Shown piece after piece: positions 1 to 10,529 of a stretch of DNA of 64,000 nucleotides. Position 1 is the first letter of the stretch. Each line of letters opens with the position of its first letter. The position numbers were made by a program, and so were the translations under genes. This DNA comes from Prochlorococcus sp. AG-436-C14 (lineage in GTDB: Bacteria > Cyanobacteriota > Cyanobacteriia > PCC-6307 > Cyanobiaceae), in assembly GCA_003209755.1 (NCBI GenBank), contig QCPD01000009.1, forward strand, positions 5,623 through 69,622, in the 5' to 3' direction. The notes below the pieces were generated by a model. It saw only the letters and a program-made list of their open reading frames with translations. It was not told the DNA's origin and did not search any database.

Positions 1-52
1 ATAGAATTTGTGAAATCCTAGAGAACTAAAATTTTTATTTTTCAAGAACACA

Positions 53-781
53 TTAGGTAACTAAATGATTTTCAAGTGCATATCTAACTAGTTCTGTTCT
101 ACTAGAAGTACCAGTTTTAATAAATAATCTACTCACATATTTCTCTACATTGCGGATGGAAGTCTCAAGTTGTCTTGCAATTTCTTTGTTCATTAAACCT
201 TCTGCTACTAGTTGCAAAACGCTTGCCTCTCTGGGCGTGAAATTCGGAATCGAATCATCTTTACGTGAGTTGTTTTTATCCCCGTGACTCAGCATTGATT
301 TGATTTCTGTAATCTGTTTTGCCATTTGGCCAACATCAGCATTCGCAAATCTGGCTGCTTCAGTTAATAGTCGCTCTTGCCGCTGAACTACATTCCTAAC
401 TCTTGCAACTAGCTCATCTGGATCAAATGGTTTTGGCATGTAGTCGTCTACACCTGCTTGATATCCTTGAGTTCTATCAGCGGTCATACCCTTAGCAGTA
501 AGGAAAATTACAGGTGTACCTCCAAGTCTTTCATCTTCTCTAATTTTTTTTAAAAGTCCATAACCATCACATCTAGGCATCATAACGTCACTGATAATTA
601 CATCAGGGATCATTTTTTGAGCTTTTTCCCACCCCTCTTCTCCATCTACAGCGGTTTTAACTTGAAATCCTTCATCTTCAAGATAAGCCTGAACAGCAGT
701 CCTTAAACCAGGCTCGTCATCGACGAGTAATATCCTGGGAATCTGAGAAACTTCTTGTATTGATGGATTTGGGTCACTCAT
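53..781 (-). CDS. Two-component response regulator, receiver domain plus LuxR/NarL-type HTH (Ycf29-like)
   Basis: ORF 53..802 has REC signatures (LLVDDEPGLR, IISDVMMP, PKPF) and a C-terminal LuxR HTH (TPREASVLQLVAEGLMNKEIARQL). The ORF-track start at 802 is TTG; the first ATG (MSDPNPS) is at 781. No histidine kinase is adjacent. Confidence 0.85.
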   Translation of the reverse strand: MSDPNPSIQEVSQIPRILLVDDEPGLRTAVQAYLEDEGFQVKTAVDGEEGWEKAQKMIPDVIISDVMMPRCDGYGLLKKIREDERLGGTPVIFLTAKGMTADRTQGYQAGVDDYMPKPFDPDELVARVRNVVQRQERLLTEAARFANADVGQMAKQITEIKSMLSHGDKNNSRKDDSIPNFTPREASVLQLVAEGLMNKEIARQLETSIRNVEKYVSRLFIKTGTSSRTELVRYALENHLVT

Positions 782-864
782 AAATAAAAATTTGGACTTC
801 AAAAGTTTTTAAAGAGGATATTAACCTTTATTCCTCTCTATTATTTAGCTTAACGAATGAATCA

Positions 865-2013
865 ATGAATAATAATCAGCTGGTTTTTGATTTTCAGTCC
901 TCAACACCATGTAGTACCAAGGTTGTTGAGGAGATGGCTCCTTATTGGAATGAATTGTGGGGTAATCCCTCTAATACTAATAATCGATCCGGTGTGTTTG
1001 CTTCAGCTGCAGTAGAACTATCTCGTGAAAAAATAGCTTCATATTTGAACATCAATCCGAAAAGATTAATTTTTACGAGTGGGGCAACAGAAGCGAACAA
1101 TTTGGGTTTAGTTGGACATGCAAGAGCTAAAGCACAACTAAGTGGAAAACCTGGACACATAATTACCGTTTCAACTGAACATCATGCAGTCCTTGATCCT
1201 CTGAGGCAGCTTCAAAAAGAAGGGTTCCGTTTGTCAGAATTACAACCCAATAAAGATGGTTTAATCAATATTGATCAACTTTCTGAAGCTGTTGAAAAAG
1301 ATACTTTTCTGGTTAGCGTCATGGCAGCAAATAATGAGATAGGGGTTTTGCAACCTATTGATGAAATTGGGTCTTTTTGTAAGAGAAAGGGAATTGCTTT
1401 TCATACTGATGCTGCTCAAGCCTTGGGCTATTTAGATTTAGACCCAGATAAATTTTGCATTGATTTGATGAGCTTGAGTGCGCACAAAATCTATGGGCCT
1501 AAAGGTATTGGGGCTTTAGTGATTAGGGAAGGCTTCCCCCTTGAACCATCTCAATATGGAGGAGGTCAGGAACTTGGATTAAGATCCGGGACGCTCCCTG
1601 TACCTTTAATTGTTGGTTTCGGAAAGGCAGTGGAAATAACAAATAATGATCAGGATGAGAGAAATAAGAGACTTTTATTTTTGAGAGACCTATTGTTGAG
1701 TGGATTAAAAAAGAATATTTCTGGATTGATAGTTAATGGATCTATCGATCAAAGATTACCTCATAATCTCAATATTACTTTTCCAGGTGTGAATGGAAAT
1801 CAATTGCATAGCCAATTAAAAAGGTTTATTTTTTGTACTAGTGGTTCAGCTTGTAGCAATGGTGAAGCTTCTCATGTTCTTAAGGAGATAGGACTCTGCA
1901 AAAAAGATGCTGAAGCTTCAATAAGGATGAGTATTGGGAGAAATACCACTCAGAAAGATATCAAAGAGGCTATTGAGGTTATTAAAAATATATTGATTAA
2001 ACTTAGAAAATAA
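865..2013 (+). CDS. Cysteine desulfurase, class V aminotransferase (NifS/IscS-like)
   Basis: 382 aa. PLP-lysine context SAHKIYGPKG and active-site cysteine loop SGSACS, with overall NifS/IscS layout. Confidence 0.85.
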   Translation: MNNNQLVFDFQSSTPCSTKVVEEMAPYWNELWGNPSNTNNRSGVFASAAVELSREKIASYLNINPKRLIFTSGATEANNLGLVGHARAKAQLSGKPGHIITVSTEHHAVLDPLRQLQKEGFRLSELQPNKDGLINIDQLSEAVEKDTFLVSVMAANNEIGVLQPIDEIGSFCKRKGIAFHTDAAQALGYLDLDPDKFCIDLMSLSAHKIYGPKGIGALVIREGFPLEPSQYGGGQELGLRSGTLPVPLIVGFGKAVEITNNDQDERNKRLLFLRDLLLSGLKKNISGLIVNGSIDQRLPHNLNITFPGVNGNQLHSQLKRFIFCTSGSACSNGEASHVLKEIGLCKKDAEASIRMSIGRNTTQKDIKEAIEVIKNILIKLRK

Positions 2014-2020
2014 GTTAAGT

Positions 2021-2935
2021 CTATTTTATAAATTTCTTTGAAGAAATCCTTAACTTTGCACTTTTACTTCTTGGATTTAATTCTATCTCTTGAGGGCTTG
2101 CTCTCATGGGTTTTTTAGATAGTACTTTTAATCTATTGTCAGTTTTAAAACTCGATTTTACTCTTCTATCTTCTAGTGAATGGAAACTCATTACCATAAA
2201 TAGACCTTTTTCTAACAACCAGCCTGGAGCTTTTAGAAGTAAACGATCGAGCGAGCCTAATTCATTATTTACAGCTATTCTTAAAGCCTGAAAAGTTCTT
2301 GTTGAGGGATGAATCCGACCATGCCTTTGCTTTGGTGGGAAGCATCCTGCAATTGCATAAGAAAGATCTTGAGTCCCTGAGTATGGTCCATTTGCTGCTA
2401 GATCATTTTTTATTTTTCTTGCAATACGCCTAGAACGTTTTTCTTCTCCTAATTTATATATTAAATCAGCTAGATCCTGCTCAGATAGAGTTTCAATAAG
2501 TTTGGCTGCGCTTGAACCCTCTTCGGGATTCATGCGCATATCTATTGGACCATTTAAACGAAAGCTAAAACCTCGTGAAGGCTCATCAAGTTGATGACTA
2601 CTAACTCCAAGATCCGCTAAGACGCAAATGGCTTGTTCTTTAAGTGAAAAGTCTGCGAAGTTTGTAGAGATTATTTCTATTCTTGTTCCGAATCTTATTA
2701 ATTTCTTTGATGCTGCTTCTCTAGCCAATGGGTCTTGATCAAGCCCAATAATTTTGATTCCTGGAAAATTTTCTAGTATTTGAGCCGAATGCCCCCCTCC
2801 TCCAATGGTGGCATCAATAATTAATCCTTGGTTTGTTAAGTCACTTGGTAATTCTTTTAATGATTGAATGATTTCTTTCCCCATTACAGGGACATGATTA
2901 AAGTTAGAACTTGAACTAATTGGCCCTTCTTTCAT
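2021..2935 (-). CDS. rsmH: 16S rRNA (cytosine1402-N4)-methyltransferase
   Basis: 304 aa. HVPVM N-terminus, SAM-binding [20 protein letters not shown], and C-terminal NPRSRSAKLR-like motif typical of MraW/RsmH. Confidence 0.9.
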   Translation of the reverse strand: MKEGPISSSSNFNHVPVMGKEIIQSLKELPSDLTNQGLIIDATIGGGGHSAQILENFPGIKIIGLDQDPLAREAASKKLIRFGTRIEIISTNFADFSLKEQAICVLADLGVSSHQLDEPSRGFSFRLNGPIDMRMNPEEGSSAAKLIETLSEQDLADLIYKLGEEKRSRRIARKIKNDLAANGPYSGTQDLSYAIAGCFPPKQRHGRIHPSTRTFQALRIAVNNELGSLDRLLLKAPGWLLEKGLFMVMSFHSLEDRRVKSSFKTDNRLKVLSKKPMRASPQEIELNPRSKSAKLRISSKKFIK

Positions 2936-2976
2936 GAGTTTTCACTAGTATTTAAACATTGCTTTGGTTTGGCCCA

Positions 2977-4161
2977 ATGACGCAGCTTGAAACGCGTACA
3001 GAGCCAATGGTGGTCAACTTTGGGCCACATCATCCATCAATGCATGGGGTATTGCGATTGGTCGTAACCCTTGATGGAGAGGATGTTGTTGATTGTGAAC
3101 CAGTTATTGGTTACTTGCATCGAGGTATGGAGAAAATTGCTGAGAATAGAACAAACGTTATGTTTGTTCCTTACGTGAGTCGCATGGATTATGCGGCTGG
3201 AATGTTTTATGAAGCTATTGTTGTTAATGCCCCTGAGCGTTTAGCGAATATAAAGGTACCTAAGAGAGCAAGTTATATCAGAGCGATAATGCTTGAGTTG
3301 AATAGGATTGCTAACCATTTGCTATGGTTAGGCCCATTTTTGGCTGATGTCGGGGCTCAAACTCCTTTCTTTTACATTTTTAGAGAAAGAGAGATGATTT
3401 ACGATTTATGGGAGGCTGCAACTGGTCAAAGGTTGATTAATAATAATTATTTTCGTATTGGTGGTGTTGCATGTGATTTGCCTTGGGGTTGGTTAGAAAA
3501 ATGCAAAGATTTTTGTGATTGGTTTGGTCCAAAAATTGATGAGTATGAAAAATTGATAACTAATAATCCTATTTTTCGTAGACGTATAGAAGGTTTAGGA
3601 GTTATAGGAAAAGAGCAAGCGATTAACTGGAGTCTTTCTGGTCCAATGCTTCGGGCAGCAGGGGTGCCATGGGATTTGAGAAAGGTAGATCATTATGAAT
3701 GTTATGACGATTTTGAATGGGATATTGCATGGGAGAAAGAGGGTGATTGTTATGCAAGATATAGAGTTCGTATTGAAGAAATGAGACAGTCATTAAAAAT
3801 ATTACGACAAGCTTGTGAGATGATTCCTGGCGGACCAACAGAAAATCTTGAGGCACAAAGGACTGTTGAGGGAAAAAAAGGGGATTTGTCAGGATTTGAT
3901 TATCAATATGTAGCGAAGAAAGTCGCACCTACTTTTAAGATTCCTAACGGTGAATTGTATACACGCCTCGAGTCTGGGAAAGGGGAGATAGGAGTATTTA
4001 TTCAAGGTAATAATGACGTCACTCCTTGGCGATTTAAAATTCGAGCAGCTGATTCTAATAATTTGCAGATACTTCCTCACATACTGAAGGGAGCTAAGGT
4101 CGCTGACATAATGGCTATCTTAGGTTCGATTGATGTGATTATGGGTTCTGTTGATAGATAG
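2977..4161 (+). CDS. ndhH: NAD(P)H-quinone oxidoreductase (NDH-1) subunit H
   Basis: Strong NdhH/NuoD similarity ([27 protein letters not shown], ends DVIMGSVDR). The ORF-track start 2959 is TTG; the ATG at 2977 (MTQLETR) gives the usual 394-aa protein. Confidence 0.95.
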   Translation: MTQLETRTEPMVVNFGPHHPSMHGVLRLVVTLDGEDVVDCEPVIGYLHRGMEKIAENRTNVMFVPYVSRMDYAAGMFYEAIVVNAPERLANIKVPKRASYIRAIMLELNRIANHLLWLGPFLADVGAQTPFFYIFREREMIYDLWEAATGQRLINNNYFRIGGVACDLPWGWLEKCKDFCDWFGPKIDEYEKLITNNPIFRRRIEGLGVIGKEQAINWSLSGPMLRAAGVPWDLRKVDHYECYDDFEWDIAWEKEGDCYARYRVRIEEMRQSLKILRQACEMIPGGPTENLEAQRTVEGKKGDLSGFDYQYVAKKVAPTFKIPNGELYTRLESGKGEIGVFIQGNNDVTPWRFKIRAADSNNLQILPHILKGAKVADIMAILGSIDVIMGSVDR

Positions 4162-4166
4162 GTTCT

Positions 4167-4619
4167 TTGAAAAAACGTAATCCTAGAGAATGGTTATGTT
4201 TGAAACGAACAGTACGTTTTGGTGAGACAGATGCTGCTGGTGTAGTGCATTTCCTTGAATTATTCAGATGGTGTCATGAAGCTTGGGAAGAAAGTTTAGA
4301 AAAATATGGAATACTTTTGCAAGAAATTTTTCCTACAATCCCAATCAATACAAGCCAATTGGATGTGGCTTTACCAGTTGTGCATTGTGAAGCAAATTAC
4401 TTTAAACCACTTTATGTTGGAGATACTATCAATATTGAACTTCATCCAGAGAAGATCAATGAGTCTTCATTTGTACTTCGATTTAAATTTAAAAAGAATG
4501 GTGAGCAAATCGGCACGACAAATATAAAACATTTATCGATAAATTCGATTACGAGAGAGAAATGTGCATTATCTAAGCAAATAAATTTGTGGCTTCATGA
4601 ATCTGGTTTGAATTTTTAG
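4167..4619 (+). CDS. Hotdog-fold (4HBT) thioesterase, probable 1,4-dihydroxy-2-naphthoyl-CoA hydrolase of phylloquinone synthesis
   Basis: 150 aa. VRFGETDAAGVVHF motif as in cyanobacterial DHNA-CoA thioesterases. TTG start 5 nt after the ndhH stop. Lies next to the menE/menC/menA/menF cluster. Confidence 0.7.
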   Translation: MKKRNPREWLCLKRTVRFGETDAAGVVHFLELFRWCHEAWEESLEKYGILLQEIFPTIPINTSQLDVALPVVHCEANYFKPLYVGDTINIELHPEKINESSFVLRFKFKKNGEQIGTTNIKHLSINSITREKCALSKQINLWLHESGLNF

Positions 4620-5863
4620 TTAATAGGTCTATTCAAGGCTACCCAATCTTGCCATTTTTTTACTTCCCATTTTTTATTTATATTTCTTGAAAGTTCTGGG
4701 CAATCGTACCATTTTAGTGGTTTTTTGGATGGTTGCCAGTCTCTAATGAGATCAGTCAGAAGTGAGATCATTTGATATCTGTCAATTCCTTTTTCTTTGA
4801 ATTTAGTTAAGGCAACTAAACGTTGTCCCCATTTCTTATCACTAACTCCTAATAAAAAAATGTCTTTAATTGGGATTTGATTTGTCGAGATTATTGTCAT
4901 TATTTCCATTTCGATATCTTCTGGGAAAATTGTTTCACCACCCGAATTTATAGCTGAATCTCTTCTGCCTAGGATTTGAATTGCTTTTCTCTTATTAAGA
5001 CTGATGTATTGCGCTAAATCTCCTGCTTCCCACCATCCATTTGAGTCTGTAATTGATTCGAATTTATCATTCTTCCATTGTGAAGTTGCAATTCTACTGG
5101 TTTTAATCTTAAGTGAATTTCTTTTGTTGATTTCTATCTCAACATCTTCGAGTGGGAACCCAACACTATTACTTCCTTGTAAAAAATCTCTAGGACTCAG
5201 ACAAGTCACCATTGCGACTGTCTCGGTAGCCCCGTAACAAGGAGCCAAATTAATAGCCTTTCTTCTTGCTTTATCAGCAAGATCTGTGGGGATTGAGGCT
5301 CCTCCAACCCATATAATGGAAAGGGATTGAAGCCATTTTAAACCATCAGGATTATCAATTAAAGATAATAATTGAGTTGGGACTAGGGATGTAATCAATG
5401 GACGTCTATGTTTATTAGTTAATGCTTCACTAAACTGCTTAAGTTGAAGTGGATTATGCATTAAAGAATGTGAAATCCAGTGAAATTCTGATCGCCAAGT
5501 GTGATGCCTCCACCAAGGCATGAAGCCACTTATATGGTGTAAAGGTAGCGAATTGAGAATGATGCACTCATTTGGCTTATAGCCATGATTCTTTAACCAC
5601 TTTCCGGTTGCTAAAGCTGAATTATTTAGATTTTTAATTGATTGTAAACAAAGATTTGGTCCTCCAATGCTGCCCCCGCTTGAAATGATTATTCCTTCTC
5701 CTTCAGGTAAGGTTGATGATATGGAAATTTTTGTTTGATCTTTTGGAGGCGCTAGATATACCCAGTTCTGCTTTTCAAAATTCTTCAAAATTTCTTTTGA
5801 ACATTCCAGGCTTTTTTCAGGAATACATTTTACTACTGCAATTTCGGTCATGCAGCTTCCCAA
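4616..5863 (-). CDS. menE: O-succinylbenzoate-CoA ligase (AMP-binding family)
   Basis: 415 aa. Degenerate AMP-binding motif SSGGSIGGPN, YGATET, GDL...GRRDS, within the men cluster. Overlaps the menC 3' end by 16 nt. Confidence 0.75.
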   Translation of the reverse strand: MGSCMTEIAVVKCIPEKSLECSKEILKNFEKQNWVYLAPPKDQTKISISSTLPEGEGIIISSGGSIGGPNLCLQSIKNLNNSALATGKWLKNHGYKPNECIILNSLPLHHISGFMPWWRHHTWRSEFHWISHSLMHNPLQLKQFSEALTNKHRRPLITSLVPTQLLSLIDNPDGLKWLQSLSIIWVGGASIPTDLADKARRKAINLAPCYGATETVAMVTCLSPRDFLQGSNSVGFPLEDVEIEINKRNSLKIKTSRIATSQWKNDKFESITDSNGWWEAGDLAQYISLNKRKAIQILGRRDSAINSGGETIFPEDIEMEIMTIISTNQIPIKDIFLLGVSDKKWGQRLVALTKFKEKGIDRYQMISLLTDLIRDWQPSKKPLKWYDCPELSRNINKKWEVKKWQDWVALNRPIN

Positions 5864-6825
5864 ACTAATTTAGGATTTTTGTTAAAGAGTGGGCCTTTGG
5901 GACACCATCCAGGTGCAAGTCCAGGTGCACAAGGATTTCCCCCTTTGACTTGCCTGGCAGCGAGATGATTAATCCACCTGCTTCCAATGCCAGTTTCAAA
6001 AGCTGTGCTTATGACTGTTTGACTATCTTCTTGTTCTATTTCTTTTAAAAGTAATCTAGGATCACCATCTAATGCAGGGCGACGTATTTGCCAACTTTTC
6101 CATGTTTTTCGTAAATATGGAAATTCAACCAAAGATTCATCTAGTGCGATTGGAATTTGATTGGCTAATGAAAATAAACCTTCAATATCTTTTGATGGGA
6201 GTGGCTGTTCAATCCATTCCAAACGAGGCTCGTTTTTGAGTTCATTACTCCATTCTTGTGCTTTTTGACGACTCCATCCTCCATTTGGATCAATTCTAAG
6301 TTTAAAATTTTTCGGGAGAATATCTAAGATTTTTTGTAATATTTTCTCTTCATTTAAGTTGTTTTCTTGGTTAGATACTTTCCATTTTATAGTACATGAA
6401 CTTTTCTTTTCTTTTGATCTATCTATATAGTCAACTATTGACTCTAAAGGATCTATATCTGTAGGCAAAAGATAAGCTGATTTTGTGATGTCAAATCCTT
6501 CAAAATCTAGCTTTCTTATAGTTAAATTTTCTAAATCGGCTAAGGAGGCTCCTAATCCGAAAGTAAGTGCGCCTAGTCCCTGTAATTCACACAAATAATT
6601 TTCTAATGAATCTTTTGTTGTTTGTCTGCCAATAAAATCAAGACTTTCGATACTTTTTTTTAATTCATTTTTCTCAATAGGTGAAACTTCACCCCATCCG
6701 CAATTCCCATCTGAGTCTTTTATTTGCAACAATAAACCTACCTTATTATGAATAATTCCTTGCGAGGTGATTAACTTTTTTGTTAGTTTAAATGAAAATG
6801 GCTTGATATTGATAATTAATTTCAT
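5848..6825 (-). CDS. menC: O-succinylbenzoate synthase (enolase superfamily)
   Basis: 325 aa. Enolase-superfamily metal ligand contexts (RIDPNGGWS, IEQPL, ALDESL). Lies between menA and menE. Confidence 0.75.
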   Translation of the reverse strand: MKLIINIKPFSFKLTKKLITSQGIIHNKVGLLLQIKDSDGNCGWGEVSPIEKNELKKSIESLDFIGRQTTKDSLENYLCELQGLGALTFGLGASLADLENLTIRKLDFEGFDITKSAYLLPTDIDPLESIVDYIDRSKEKKSSCTIKWKVSNQENNLNEEKILQKILDILPKNFKLRIDPNGGWSRQKAQEWSNELKNEPRLEWIEQPLPSKDIEGLFSLANQIPIALDESLVEFPYLRKTWKSWQIRRPALDGDPRLLLKEIEQEDSQTVISTAFETGIGSRWINHLAARQVKGGNPCAPGLAPGWCPKGPLFNKNPKLVWEAA

Positions 6826-6846
6826 GATTCAATAAAATCAAAAAAA

Positions 6847-7770
6847 TTAATTATAAAAAAATGAGGATATAGCAAAACCTATACTCAAGCATAAGCCATT
6901 AATTGTCTGAAAGCGTAAAGCTATAAACTTACTGTTTTTAATAAGCTCTGGTTGATTGTGATGTCTTTTAATTAATCTGATAAGATGAATACCTGAAGGA
7001 AGGCTAATTAAACATATAAGAGTCGTTATTGGCCATATTCCACTAAATACTGGAAATAACTCTAAAAAAAATATTAGACCAACCAACCACGGTAAAACTT
7101 TTGCTGCTCGATGCGTACCTAAAACAACTAAGGGTGAATTTTTACCGACAGCAGCATCTTGGTTGATTTGATGAAAATGCGAACAGAACAGAACCAAAGT
7201 GGTCGCCATCGCAGGACCTGCTCCAATCATCAGTGCTGTTCTCCAGGGGATGGCATGAATATTAGATTTTGGAGAAATCACAATAAGTGCTGCAGCTGTT
7301 GCAAGAGGGCCAAAGGCAATCCAGCATAAGGGTTCTCCCAACCCCTTATACCCCAGTCTAAAGGGTGGTCCTTGATATAAATATCCAAGGAAACAACAAA
7401 TTAAGACCAAGAAAAGTACTGTTATTTTACTTTTTAGCGCAAGGATAAATATTATAAATAAACCTATTAAAAGAGAAAAATATGCAACTCGACTTACAGT
7501 GGTTTTATTACCTGTTAAAGCGACTACCGAGTGAAATTTGTATTTGTCAACGCCAGTTTCATCGTCAAAAAGATCATTGGTAAGGTTTTCCCAAAGCAAA
7601 ATCAAGATAGAGGCAATTAGAAAACCGATGAATTGTCCTAGACGAATATTGCCATTATTCCCTAGCTCCCATCCTGCAGATAAAATCACAGGCATTATTG
7701 CGACTGAATACAATGGCCACTTAATTGCCGCTTGCCAAAGATGTTTCCTTTCAGTTGTAGAAGATTTCAC
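6847..7770 (-). CDS. menA: 1,4-dihydroxy-2-naphthoate phytyltransferase (UbiA prenyltransferase family)
   Basis: 307 aa polytopic membrane protein with NDLFDDETGVD (NDxxDxxxD) motif. Confidence 0.85.
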   Translation of the reverse strand: MKSSTTERKHLWQAAIKWPLYSVAIMPVILSAGWELGNNGNIRLGQFIGFLIASILILLWENLTNDLFDDETGVDKYKFHSVVALTGNKTTVSRVAYFSLLIGLFIIFILALKSKITVLFLVLICCFLGYLYQGPPFRLGYKGLGEPLCWIAFGPLATAAALIVISPKSNIHAIPWRTALMIGAGPAMATTLVLFCSHFHQINQDAAVGKNSPLVVLGTHRAAKVLPWLVGLIFFLELFPVFSGIWPITTLICLISLPSGIHLIRLIKRHHNQPELIKNSKFIALRFQTINGLCLSIGFAISSFFYN

Positions 7771-7869
7771 TGATAAAATAACCTGCTCTGTTTGTTTCTT
7801 GGTTCCTTTCTTAAGACTAGGCAGCAGTTCATGTATTGGTTTATTTATGTCTAAAGGCTTTGATTGGTT

Positions 7870-9270
7870 ATGAATTTAGAACCTATCTTTAGTGAGCTTT
7901 TAGTTAGTTCTCTTCATAAATGGAGTGAACGAAAAGTGGATGAATGTATCTTGAGCATTTGTGTTCCTGTAAGTCAAGCAGACCCTTTAACGACATTACC
8001 CTTAATTGCTGAAAAACATCAGTTTAGATTTCTTTGGGATCTTTCTCCTGGATTGTGCGTTTCCGCAGGAGGACATTGTCAATCTTTGGATTTATCTGGA
8101 CCAAAGAGGTTTGAAAATGCGCAAAGGTTTAGTGATGAGATTTTTACTAGATTGATAGATACTGCTCCAGGCCCAGCATTTTCAGCATCAAGGATTTTAT
8201 TTTCATTTTCTTTTTTTGATCAAATTACGAGTAATGAAAAATCACGAGATGATAAATTTTCCCTTCAGGCTGTTTTGCCTAAGTGGCAATTAACTTCAAA
8301 AGATGGATTGACATGGTTACGTTTAAATTCAGTTGCTCAAAATCCTTCAGATGTTCGTGAATCTGTAGAAAGATTATGGTTAATTCGAGAAAAGATAAAT
8401 AGATCACCAGTCCGAATTTTCAATGATGTAAAAGAAAATCTATTGGTGGATAATTTTTCTAATGATTGGAAATCTCAATATCGAGATGCGTTGGCTAAAG
8501 GGATCGAATTAATCAATACAGGTGATTTGGATAAGCTTGTATTGGCTACGAGACAACGCCTTTCCCTTAGGAAACCATTAGATCCGCTGAGCTTACTTGC
8601 TCGTCTAAGAGTTCAGCAAACTAATAGTTGTCGATTCCTATGGCAAAAAAATTATGACGAGTCATTTTTTGGTGCATCACCTGAGAGATTGATAAGTCTC
8701 AATCAAAATCAGTTACTAATCGATGCTTTGGCTGGTACTGCAAAAAAAGGTGATGATGGAAAAGAATTACTTGCATCTTCTAAAGATTTGAGGGAACACC
8801 ATTTTGTAGTTAACTCTATTGTCGAACAACTTTTAAGAAAAGGTATTAAAGCAAGTCATTCACCTCAACCAAAATTAATTACTCAAGGCCATTTAATTCA
8901 TTTGCATACACTTATTCAAGCTTGTGTCAAAGAAAAATCTCCTCTTAAATTGGTTGAAGCGCTTCATCCAACTCCTGCAGTTGCTGGATTACCTCTGAGT
9001 AAATCTTTGAGTTGGTTGAGAGCTTTAGAACCCTTTGACCGTCAAACATATGCTTCTCCAATTGGATGGATAGATAAAAATCAAAATTCAGAATTTAGGG
9101 TGGCTATTCGTTACGGACATGTTAGAGGCTATGAACTTAAATTGTTTGCTGGTGCTGGCCTAGTAAAAGGCTCAACTGTTGAGGGGGAAATGCAAGAGGT
9201 GGCTTTGAAATTTGAAGTTTTAAGAAATCAATTAAACTTAGATAGGGTTAATTGTTCAAATGATCTATAA
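7870..9270 (+). CDS. menF: Isochorismate synthase
   Basis: Chorismate-binding C-terminal domain ([24 protein letters not shown]...AGAGLV). ORF-track start 7864 is TTG; ATG at 7870. Divergent from menA. Confidence 0.85.
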   Translation: MNLEPIFSELLVSSLHKWSERKVDECILSICVPVSQADPLTTLPLIAEKHQFRFLWDLSPGLCVSAGGHCQSLDLSGPKRFENAQRFSDEIFTRLIDTAPGPAFSASRILFSFSFFDQITSNEKSRDDKFSLQAVLPKWQLTSKDGLTWLRLNSVAQNPSDVRESVERLWLIREKINRSPVRIFNDVKENLLVDNFSNDWKSQYRDALAKGIELINTGDLDKLVLATRQRLSLRKPLDPLSLLARLRVQQTNSCRFLWQKNYDESFFGASPERLISLNQNQLLIDALAGTAKKGDDGKELLASSKDLREHHFVVNSIVEQLLRKGIKASHSPQPKLITQGHLIHLHTLIQACVKEKSPLKLVEALHPTPAVAGLPLSKSLSWLRALEPFDRQTYASPIGWIDKNQNSEFRVAIRYGHVRGYELKLFAGAGLVKGSTVEGEMQEVALKFEVLRNQLNLDRVNCSNDL

Positions 9271-10177
9271 GATAATCAATCACTTGATCTGCTAATGGAA
9301 CATTCATTAGGTTTTCTACTTCTCTAATACCAGTTGGACTTGTAACATTAATCTCACTTAGCATTCCTCCAATAACATCTATACCAACAAAAAAGAGCCC
9401 TTCAGCTTGTAAAGCAGGCTTTATTTGATCGCATATCTCTATTTCTTTAGGAGTTAATTTGGTAATCTCAGCTTTTCCACCTAAAGCGAGGTTGCTTCTG
9501 AAGTCTCCTTTCTTGGGACGTCTATTAATTGCACCTAATGGCTCTCCATTAACCAAAAGGATTCTTTTATCGCCATTTATGACTTCTGGTAAAAATTGTT
9601 GCATCATAACTGGCAAATGTTCTCGTGAAGTAACCAGTTCGAGTAATGCCTCTAAGCCTGGAGCGTCCTTTGCAATTCGTATAACTCCTTGCCCACCTTT
9701 CCCTCCCAGTGGCTTCAAAACAACTTCTCCGTACTCTTTTGCAAATGTAATTAATTGCTCCACCCGACTCGCGACAAGAGTGGGAGCCATTAAATCACTA
9801 AATCTTAAAGCTCCTAACTTTTCATTCCAAGCTCTAAGTGATGCAGGCTTGTTAATTACATTGACACCATCTCTTTCTGCAACTTCTAATAAATGAGTTG
9901 CATATAAAAAAGCCTCATCCACAGGTGGATCTTTGCGCATCCAAATGCATGAGAAATCTCTTAAAGGAAGGCTTTGAGATGAATGGACATTGATCCAGGG
10001 CTCACAATTGACTTTATTAGAAACCACCCATGCATCGTCCCCTCGGGCTTGTAGGTCAGAAGGAGTACAGATCCAAACATCTATTTTAGCTCTAGATGCC
10101 GCTTGCATAAGTGCTGCTGATGAATCCTTGTTGGGATTAATATTTTCAATTGGATCTAGAATAAATAGTTGCTTCAT
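9248..10177 (-). CDS. gshB: Glutathione synthetase (ATP-grasp)
   Basis: 309 aa. GshB N-domain plus ATP-grasp ([31 protein letters not shown]). The 3' end overlaps the menF 3' end by 23 nt. Confidence 0.9.
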   Translation of the reverse strand: MKQLFILDPIENINPNKDSSAALMQAASRAKIDVWICTPSDLQARGDDAWVVSNKVNCEPWINVHSSQSLPLRDFSCIWMRKDPPVDEAFLYATHLLEVAERDGVNVINKPASLRAWNEKLGALRFSDLMAPTLVASRVEQLITFAKEYGEVVLKPLGGKGGQGVIRIAKDAPGLEALLELVTSREHLPVMMQQFLPEVINGDKRILLVNGEPLGAINRRPKKGDFRSNLALGGKAEITKLTPKEIEICDQIKPALQAEGLFFVGIDVIGGMLSEINVTSPTGIREVENLMNVPLADQVIDYLIDHLNN

Positions 10178-10180
10178 GAA

Positions 10181-10471
10181 TCAATTTCTTATTCCAAGCA
10201 GTTCATTTAATTCGTTATTGTTCTCAAGTTCATATAGCTCGTCGCAACCTCCAATACTTTCTCCATTAATAAAAATTTGTGGAACAGTTCTGCGACCTCC
10301 TGCTCTTTCAGACATTTTTGTTCTTGCATCATTGTCTCCATCAATAGAATATTCTTTGAATTGGACTCCTTTTTCGTTTAGTAGTGCTTTTGCACGTAGG
10401 CAAAATGGGCAAAATCTCCAAGTGTATATTTCCACTGTAGTAAAGCCTGAATCGTGAATTGATCTGTTCAT
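10181..10471 (-). CDS. grxC: Glutaredoxin
   Basis: 96 aa with CPFC active site, TVPQIFI and GGCDEL motifs. Lies 3 nt upstream of gshB. Confidence 0.9.
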   Translation of the reverse strand: MNRSIHDSGFTTVEIYTWRFCPFCLRAKALLNEKGVQFKEYSIDGDNDARTKMSERAGGRRTVPQIFINGESIGGCDELYELENNNELNELLGIRN

Positions 10472-10529
10472 TTATAGTTTTTGGGTTGATATGCTGATAG
10501 TTTTTAATGTATTAATTCTATTACCTCGT

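Noticed and set aside
9459-10457. Long plus-strand ORFs (145 aa and 155 aa) antisense to gshB and grxC. Similar antisense ORFs occur at 7538..7873, 18240..18611, 32030..32320, 37456..37824 and 59754..60071.
   Set aside because: All lie fully inside well-supported genes on the opposite strand. They have Ser/Pro/Leu-rich or otherwise skewed composition typical of antisense frames, and no recognisable motifs.
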